Below, one piece after another: positions 55,448-64,000 of a stretch of DNA of 64,000 nt; positions within the stretch are counted from its first letter, which is position 1, and each line of letters begins with the position of its first letter. Made by a program: the position numbers and the translations under genes. Under the pieces are notes generated by a model, which saw nothing but the letters and a program-made list of their open reading frames with translations, had not been told where the DNA came from and did no database searches. Location: assembly GCF_009914755.1 (NCBI RefSeq), contig NC_060948.1; one strand, written 5' to 3'. This DNA comes from the human T2T-CHM13v2.0 reference genome, Homo sapiens.

Positions 55448-56659
55448 AAAGAATGTTTTGCGGAATTTTCTGAAAAGAGAATTATACATTATGTCTACAG
55501 TTAGCAACAGGCAAAGGGACAAACATAAAAAGCAGAATTTGCCCAAGATTTTTCTAAGCCAGGAGCAATAATATTTTAAATAAATGAGTTTAACACAAAG
55601 CTGAGAAAATAGATTTGCTTTCAAAATTGTTGAAGTTTTTTATTTGGTGATAAGTTGTCAACACTTGTAAAATTATCTGTTGCATTCTAACATTTTTCTT
55701 TCCTTCTCAAAGTAGATACACAGCCATAAATAACTCTCATTACTTGCTATAGATCTGTTACACACCTAAAGTTTATTTTACAGTAATATATCTCTTATAT
55801 TTAAATTCATGTAAACTAAAGCTAAAGGTCTTTATGTGTTTAGCAGACCAGAGAAGTCATATGTTTAATAGAAAAAAGTAGGATAAAATTTTGTAAACAC
55901 TTGTTCAGAATTCAGAAGACTGTAGCTCCATTATACTCATATAATCTCCATTAGAGCCATCATAATCACCTTTAGTTACAAGAAAAACATAAATGTAAGT
56001 TGTAAAAACCATATTTTCCAAATTATTTTAAGTTAAAGACCACTGACAAAAGAATGACTACAGACGTTATTTCACTGTGACCCTATAGCAAATTGTCACC
56101 ATCTGTTACAGCTTTGAGTAAGATACGATAACATCAGTGGCAAGACACACATTCAATATAAAATAGCCTTAACACAATAACAACAATTCTGGTTAATTTG
56201 AAAAAAATTAAGTCCACACATTGTCATTAAAAAGTATTTTTAAATTCACTGTATTTTAATTACCTTAATTTGCAAATGGTAAAGCAATTTTTGTTTAAAA
56301 TTCAAATTGTTCCTATTACTATGCATAATATTATCCTGAGCACTTACCACACTCCTATCATCCTGTCACTATGATACTGTTATAAACCAACCAGTACTTG
56401 CCCTTTTCACTTAGAAATTTTTCATGTATATTAGATTTCAGTTTTCTTAGTCTTCCATTGCAAAATAGATAAATCTGTCCATCTAATATGGAAGAACCTC
56501 TCATAACTCTGGTGGAGCAACAATTGTCCATGTTCTTTCCCATATATTTTAGATATGAAGACATAGCAACAAATGTAAGAGTTAAATTACATCAATATTT
56601 GCTTTTGAAAAATATTAAATTATTTTAATATTAAAAACTAGGTCCCTGTTATAGGAAAG

Positions 56660-59600
56660 TGATCAAGACTGCTGATGAGAAGCAGCTAGTCTGTGTAGTT
56701 CTCATAGAGAGGAATGCAAGTTGTGCATAAATACATCACCTTCAACTGAAACACCCAGGTGCTTGCATTGGGAAAAATCAAACAACTTAAGTTATGGAGA
56801 ATGGAATAAAGCAAGGCAGGACAGTGAACCACCTGGGAACAACATGGAACCAAGAAAACATTCCCACTCAATAAAGCAGTGGGTATAAGTGTGACCCTGG
56901 GAACCCACGATTCTCCCACAGATCTTTGCAACCCTCAGGTGAGGAGATCTATTCATGAACCTGCTTCATCAAGGCCTTCAGTTGAACACACAGAGCTACG
57001 TGGAGTCTCAGAGATCAGCTGCTGAGGCCTGTGCAGAGATTCAAGAACTTTAGGTACTCAGTTTTTCCAGGCTTCCCAGAAAAAGTAGTTGCAACTCCAG
57101 TAAAGCAGGAATCTGTACTTCTGTAAGTATTCATAGAAAAGAGGCAGAATCCATGAGGCTGACCAGTCATGGTCTTAGGTCTTAGGACCCATGCCCACAG
57201 TGCCCCACAGGGTAAGACTTATTGGCTTAGCATTCTGGTCAGCCCATTGGTAGCAGCACTGGACCTCCCTGGCATGGAGCTATCAGAAAGTCGAGTGGGA
57301 CACCACCTTAGCTGCTTGGGCAACTTAGGCATTCCAGCCTTCAGGCTTTAAAAAGCCCAAGCTAACGTGGGGAATAAAGAATCTCCTAGCACAGTATAGG
57401 TGCTCTAAAAAGACATGGCCAGAATGCCTGTTAAATCAGGTACCCAATCTCATTTCTTGCAACTGGAAAGGACTTCCTAACCAGAGTGAGCAGCTACCAC
57501 CACTGGTAGTAGCTGTGATCAAAGACCACGATCTTTGGTCGATGGAATTTTGAAACCTCTTTGTGATATAATTGCTAGAGGGAAGAGTGAGCAGCAATTT
57601 TTCCTATGTGTGTGACTTGGCTGTTCCAGCCTTCTGGCTTTGGAGAATCCAAATAAACTGTGGATGGAAGTGGTACCTCTGCACAGCAGAGACGTACTAT
57701 GAAAATGTTGCTAGACTGCTTTCTTAAGTGGCTCCCCAATTACGTTCTCTTTACTGAGTAAGAAATTTCAACAAGGGATTCCAGCTACCTCTTACAGGTG
57801 CTATTGGGTTGGAAAGAGGTCTATACCTCCCTGGGATTGAGCACCCAGAAAAAAAAAGGCACGCTGCAATTATTTAGTTTAGCAACATTCAGTGGTGGTA
57901 ACTTCAAGTACTGGAAAATCTTAGGTGACTAGGAATGGCAATGGACACCTCGCATACTGAGGCAGCCCTTCAGAAAAGTGGCCATACTGTTATGTGAGTG
58001 CCTGTTCTCATATATTCTCACTGGACAGGTTCTCCAGGCCTGGGCCACTAGCCAATCACTGCCAGAGGTATTGAGATAGTAGCAACTTAGCGACTCCCTG
58101 GACAGGGACCCCAGTAACGACTGAAAATATTTCTGCCACTGCCTCTATAGTAGAACTTTCCTTGCTACCCTTAGACTAGTGAAAAATCCAAAACCCTGAG
58201 TGTCTTATTCAAACATCAAACAAGCTGCAGTTTACCCAAGGAGAGGAGGCCAGTTCATTCACCATGGGTCCCACAAACTACCCACTGCTCCTCACCAGAC
58301 AGTTGACCCCTAACTTGACCAAAATCACAGATCTTTCATCATGGGCTGACTGTACTGAGGGATTGCTGACCTACATCTCTCTTAGATGCAGCCTTCAGAA
58401 AACCAGCAAAGAGGTAGGGCAGCAAGCCAGCTTATGTGGTGACCAGAGGGTTTGGTGCAAGGGCATCTGTAGTAAGGTGTGGCCAGTGATGGCCATTTCT
58501 CTACCAGCAACTTTTTCACATAAGAGAGTTTTGCCCTAGGGAAGTGTTGGACCTAATTACTGTACTATAGCTTTGAAAATCAGAAGCTTGTCTAACTGAG
58601 CACTCCGTGGTTTACCGCCTCTCCCAGGCACCCAGATCCTTACAGGCCAGTCTCAGGCACACTGAGAGCCCATACCATACCATCTGCACTGGTAGGTCAC
58701 ATATAACTCCTGAAGAGCAACAGCTAGGCAGCCCCTATGACTGCAGCAGCCCACATGTTTCTTTCCCACACTGCACTTTCCCTCGAAAACATGGCAACTC
58801 CTCATATTACTTTACTGGCACATGTCTTCAAAGGCAGATTTGGCTTTGCTTGGCCCACTAGCAAACGGGAATGCAGTATGCTCCTGCCAACCCAGCAGCT
58901 GCCATTGTAGATAAAGCTTTGGTGGGCAGAGAGCCAAAAAGACTCACTGCTACCTTTATGCTAACACTGTGCAGAGAACAGTGTATCCTCCCACATTCTG
59001 AACAATCACTTCTTCTTTAGGGGGCAAAAAGAAGGCTTCAAACCTTCATTGGTCAGCATCCTACCACATGCTAACACCACATTTATTGCAACAGCACACA
59101 GTCTCCAGCAGGTGCACCTACTCCCATCCCAGCTACATTGCTCCTGCTACTGAGATGAATAAGTGAAGACAGGCAGAAACTCCATATCCACTAGCACTCT
59201 GCTGAAGCTGCAGAAACTTAGTCCAACAGGGTGGCAGACTCCAAATATCAAAGAGACAGGGGAGAGAGTTGGGGCTCAATACAATTCCCGCTGAGTATGA
59301 AGCCTCTGAGTTGTGAGCTGAGCACTTCCCCCAACCCCTCCACAAAAAATATAAAAAATAAAAATAAAAAAATAAAAACTTCTCCCAAGAACAAAGCCTG
59401 TTGGATGAAAGCACCTTATGCCACAATCAGATACTCAAGAACATCAAAATATGATTAAAAAATCTTCATTCAAAGTTCAGCAACCTCAAATATATGCCTA
59501 CAAAGATGAGACAAAATCAATGCAAAACTGCTGGGGAAAAAAAAAAAAAGCTAGAGTGACTTATTTAATCCAAATAACCAACCTACATTTCCAGCAAGAC

Positions 59601-60063
59601 CTAAGAAGACAGAAATAGAATTCAGAATGTGAATAGAAATAAGCTTCATTGAGCTACAAAAGTAAGTTGCAAACCAATGCAAGGAAGGGAAAATTGCAGA
59701 AACTGACAGATAAAACAAACAATCTGGAGGAAAATGTGGCCAGTGTGATAAAGCTGAAAAACAGAATACAAAACTTTATAATTTATTCACACATATTACT
59801 GCAGAATTGGCTAAGCAGAAGAAAGAATTTCAGAGTTTCAAGACTGGCTTTCTGAAATAATAGAGACAAGAATAGTAAAAAAAGAATAAATAGAAATGAA
59901 CAAAACCTCTGAGAAATATTTAATTATGTAAAGTAACCAAATACATGATTAAAGAGAGTGCCTGAAAGTGATGGGGGGAATGAAAACAACTTGAAATACA
60001 TATTTTGGAATATCATCCATGATAACTTCCCCACCTAGACAGTGAGGCAAACATTGAAATACA
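56660..60063 (+). mobile_element. Older primate L1 (L1PA13-16/L1PB-type): long 5'UTR plus degraded ORF1
   Basis: The 5' end CAAGACTGCTGATGAGAAGCAGCTAG...CACCTTCAACTGAAACACCCAGG resembles old L1P 5' ends. ORF1-like A-rich sequence at ~59500-60063 (GAACAAAACCTCTGAGAAAT, AACTTCCCCACCTAG). Confidence 0.75.
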
Positions 60064-60848
60064 TCAAGATAATATGGATCAATCAAACATAAAAAGGAAT
60101 ATACAGAAAACAATTATTTAAAGATGGAGTTTTAAAAATTAGCTGTGATAATTTGAATTGAAGTCTAGATCTATATTTAAAAGAAAAAAATTACCCTAAA
60201 AATCAATATTACCATCTGAAAGAGAAAATGAGAATAAAGATAAAAAATGAAATAACAAAAAGGAATTCACCAAAGATAAAGATCACAAAAAGAAATAAAA
60301 ATTGTAGAGTAGAAGTACCAAAAAAAAACTAACATGGACTTCAACATTAGTAAAAAATATAAGAAATCAAGAAGCTCAGCAAATAACAATGAAGATTAAC
60401 ACAAAAATATTTCTAATAAGACACAACATAAACAATATTTTGAAATTCACAGACAAGAAGAGAATCTGGAATGCAAGAAGATAAAAGAGATGTGTTATTT
60501 GTATGCATGCTTCTGCAAGATTACAAGTAAATTTATGAACATAAATTTTTTGGGCAAGATGGGAGCAGGATGACATAGTTAAAACACTGAAAAAAAGAGT
60601 CTAAGCAAGAATACCACACCCAGCAAAAGTAACCTTCAAAACGAAAAAAAAAAAAAAAATTCTCACTATATCATGATGTATATTAAGATCAACTATGTCA
60701 TGTCTTCAAGAGAATCACTTCAGATCTAATTTAAAAAAAGACAGAAAATGACAGGATGAGAAATACATTCCATGTAAGTGTTAACCCAATGAGTGGAAAA
60801 GAGGAAACAAGTTATTAAGTTGAAAACTCTGATATTTCATAAAATTTA
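60064..60848 (+). mobile_element. Old L1 (L1M-like) ORF1 and ORF2-start fragments
   Basis: Second pass through ORF1-like sequence (TAAGACACAACATAAACAAT, CACACCCAGCAAAAGTAACCTTCAAAA). Endonuclease-start-like sequence at ~60750-60848. Confidence 0.55.
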
Positions 60849-63800
60849 CTTTTTTTAATACCTGAAGTTCTAGGGTACATGTGCGCAACGTGCAAGTTTG
60901 GTAGGTATGTATACATGTGCCATGTTGGTGTGCTGCACCCATTAACTCATCATTTACATTAGGAATATCTCCCAATTCTATCCCTCCCCCTATCTCCAAT
61001 CCCACGACAGGCCCTGGTGTGTGATGTTCCCCATCCTGTGTCCAAGTGTTCTCATTGTTCAATTCCCACCTATGAGTGAGAGCATGTGGTGTTTGTTTTT
61101 TTTGTCCTTGCAATAGTTTGCTGAGAATAATGGTTTCCAGCTTCATCCATGTCCCTACAAAGGACACGAATGTATCCTTTTTTATGGCTGCATAGTATTC
61201 CATGGTGTATATGTGCCACATTTTCTTAATCCAGTCTATCATTGTTGGACATTTGGGTTGGTTCCAAGTCTTTGCTATTGTGAATAGTTCCACAATAAAC
61301 ATACGTGTGCATGTGTCTTTATAGCAGCATGATTTATACTTCTTTGGGTATATACCCGGTAATGGCATGGCTGGGTCAAATGATATTTCTAGTTCTAGAT
61401 CCTTGAGGAATCACCACACTGTCTTCCGCAATGGTTGAACGAGTTTACAGTCCCATCAAGAGTGTAAAAGTGTTCCTATTTCTCCACATCCTCTCCAACA
61501 CATGCAGTTTCCTGACTTTTTAATGATCACCATTCTAACTGGTGTGACATGGTATCTCATTGTGGTTTTGATTTGCATTTCTTTTTTGGCCATGATGATG
61601 AGCATTTTTTCATGTGTCTGTTGGCTGCATAAATGTCTTCTTTTGAGAAGTGTCTGTTCATATACTTCACCCACTTTTTGATGAAGTCGTTTGTTTTTGC
61701 TTTTACCTTTGTTTGAGTTCTTTGTAGAGTCTGGATATTAGCCCTTTGTCAGATGAGTAGATTGCAAAAAATTTCTCCCCTTCTGTAGGTTGCCCGTTCA
61801 CTGTGATGGTAGTTTCTTTTGCTGTGTAGAGGCTCTTTAGTTTGATTAGATCCCATGTGTCAATTTTGGCTTTTGTTGCCATTGCTTTTGGTGTTTTAGA
61901 CATGAAGTCCTTACCCATGTCTGTGTCCTGAATGGTACTGCCTAGGTTTTCTTCTAGGGTTTTTATGGTGTTAGGTAGAACATTTAAGTCTTTAATCCAT
62001 CTTGAATTGATTTTTGTATAAGCTGTAATGAAGAGATCCAGTTTCAGCTTTCTACATATGGCTAGCCAGTTTTCCCAGCACCATTTATTAAATAGAGAAT
62101 GCTTTCCCCATTTCTTGTTTTTGTCAGGTTTGTCAAAGATCAATTGGCTGTAGTTGTGTGGTATCATTTCTGAAGGCTCTGTTCCATTCCATTGGTCTAT
62201 ATCTCTATTTAGGTACCAGTACCATGCTGTTTTGGTGACTGTAGCCTTGTAGTATAGTTTGAAGTCAGGTAGTGTGATGCCCCCAGCTCTGTTCTTTTGG
62301 CTTAGGATCGTTTGGCAATGCAGTCTCTTTTTTGGTTCCATATGATCTTTAAAGTAATTTTTTCCAATTCTGTGAAGAAAGCCATTGGTAGCTTGATGGC
62401 GATGGCATTGAATCTATAAATTACCTTGGGCAGTATGGTCATTTTCACGATATTGATTCTTCCTATCCATGAGCATGGAATGTTCTTCCATTTGTTTGTG
62501 TCCTCTTTTATTTTAATGAGCAGTGATTTGAGCTCCTTGAAGAGGTCCTTCACATCTCTTGTAAGTTGGATTCCTAGGTATTTTCTTCTTTTTCAAGCAA
62601 TTGCGAATGGGAGTTCACTCTTGATTTGGCTCTCTGTTTGTCTGTTATTGGTGTATAAGAATGCTTGTGATTTTTGTACATTGATTTTGCATCCTGAGAC
62701 TTTGTGGAAGTTGCTTATCAGCTTAAGGAGATTTTGGGCTGAGACAATGGGGTTTTCTGAATATAGAATCATATCATCTGCAAACAGGGACAATTTGACT
62801 TCCTCTTTTACTAATTGAATTCCATTAATTTCTTTCTCCTGCCTGATTGCCCTGGCCAGAACTTCCAACACTATGTTGAACAGGAGTGGTGAGAGAGACC
62901 ATCCCTGACTTGTGCCAGTTTTCAAAGGGAATGCTTCCAGTTTTTGCACATTCAGTATGATATTGGCTGTGGGTTGGTCATAAATAGCTCTTATTATTTT
63001 GAGGTACGTCCCATCAATACCTAATTTATTGAGAGTTTTTAGCATGAAGGGCTGCTGAATTTTGTCAAAGGCCTTTTCTGCACCTATTGAGATAATCATG
63101 TGGTTTTTGTCTTTGGTTCTGTTTATATGTTGTATTACGTTTATTGGTTTGCATATGTTGAACAAGACTTGCATCCCCTGGATGAAGCCAACTTGATCGT
63201 GGTGGATAAGCTTTCTGATGTGCTGCTAAACTCGGTTCACCAGTATTTTACTGAGGATTTTTCCATTGATGTTCATCAGGGATATTGGTCTAAAATTCTC
63301 TTTTTTGTTCTGTCTCTGGCTGGCTTTGGTATCAGGATGTTGTTGGCTTCATAAAATGAATTAGGGAGGATTCCCTCTTTTTCTAATGATTGGAGTAGTT
63401 TCAGAAGGAATGGTGCCAGCTCCTCCTTGTACCTCTGGCAGAATTCGGCTGTGAATCTGTCTCGTCCTTGACTTTTTTTTGTTCATAGGGATTAATTATT
63501 GTCTCAAATTCAGAGTCTGTTATTGGTCTATTCAGGGATTCAACTTCTTCTTGGTTTAGTCTTGGGAGGGTGTATTTGTCAAGGAATTTATCCATTTCTT
63601 CTAGATTTCCTAATTTATTTGCATAGAGGTGTTTCTAGTATTCTCTGAGGGTAGTTACCATTTCTGTGGGATCGGTTGTGATATCCCCTATATAACTTTT
63701 TATTGTGTCTCTTTGATTCTTCTCTCTTTTCTTCTTTAGTAGTCTTGCTTAGCAGTCTATCAATTTTGGTGATATTTTCAAAGAACCAGCTCCCAGATTC

Positions 63801-64000
63801 ACTGATTTTTTGAAGTGTTTTTTGTGTCTCTGTCTCCTTCAGTTCTGCTCTGATCTTAGGTATTTCTTGCCTTCTGCTAGCTTTTAAATGTGTTTGCTCT
63901 TGTTTCTCTAGTTCTGTTAATAGTGATGTTAGGGTGTCAGCTTTAGATCTTTCATGATTTCTTATGGGCATTTAGTGCTATAAATTTCCCTCTACACACT
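60849..64000 (-). mobile_element. L1PA (about PA5-PA7) 3' portion: ORF2 RT/C-terminus and 3'UTR; runs off the right edge
   Basis: ORF2 fragments [44 protein letters not shown] and MIDWIKKMWHIYTMEYY. Short poly-T tail at 60849. Frameshifts and stops. Confidence 0.95.

Noticed and set aside
60781-64000. Long 190-210 aa ORFs as an active L1 or host gene
   Set aside because: They are frameshifted fragments of L1 ORF2 and cannot encode a functional protein.

Overview
Primate, almost certainly human, genomic DNA (it carries an AluYa5). I see no intact protein-coding gene, RNA gene or CRISPR array. Positions 1-33.8 kb are a diverged, CpG-poor beta-satellite (BSR/Sau3A-family) array with a nested structure. 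Blocks of ~71-bp monomers alternate with blocks of ~38-bp monomers. Three block pairs make a ~4.8-kb unit, and the units fall into recognisable types (S, B, C, A) that recur as a degraded ~15-16-kb super-unit. Three Alus and a truncated LTR22 each sit in one unit only. Positions 33.8-37.3 kb are a 5'-truncated MER4-group ERV1 with its 3' LTR. Positions 37.9-50.9 kb are a minus-strand HERV-K(HML-5)/LTR22 provirus with a 6-bp TSD. It contains a short L1PA2-like insert and a two-LTR HERV9/LTR12 provirus (4-bp TSD) inside its gag, and that provirus holds an AluYa5 in its gag zinc knuckle. Positions 50.9-56.6 kb mix Alus, an LTR, low-complexity DNA and unidentified, possibly exon-derived sequence. 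Positions 56.6-64 kb are L1 elements on both strands. All calls are by eye, without alignment tools. Subfamily names and some boundaries are approximate, and the chromosome cannot be fixed from sequence alone (Y or a ZNF91-type cluster such as 19p12 are the plausible settings). I found no convincing new gene system; the interest lies in repeat architecture and insertion history.
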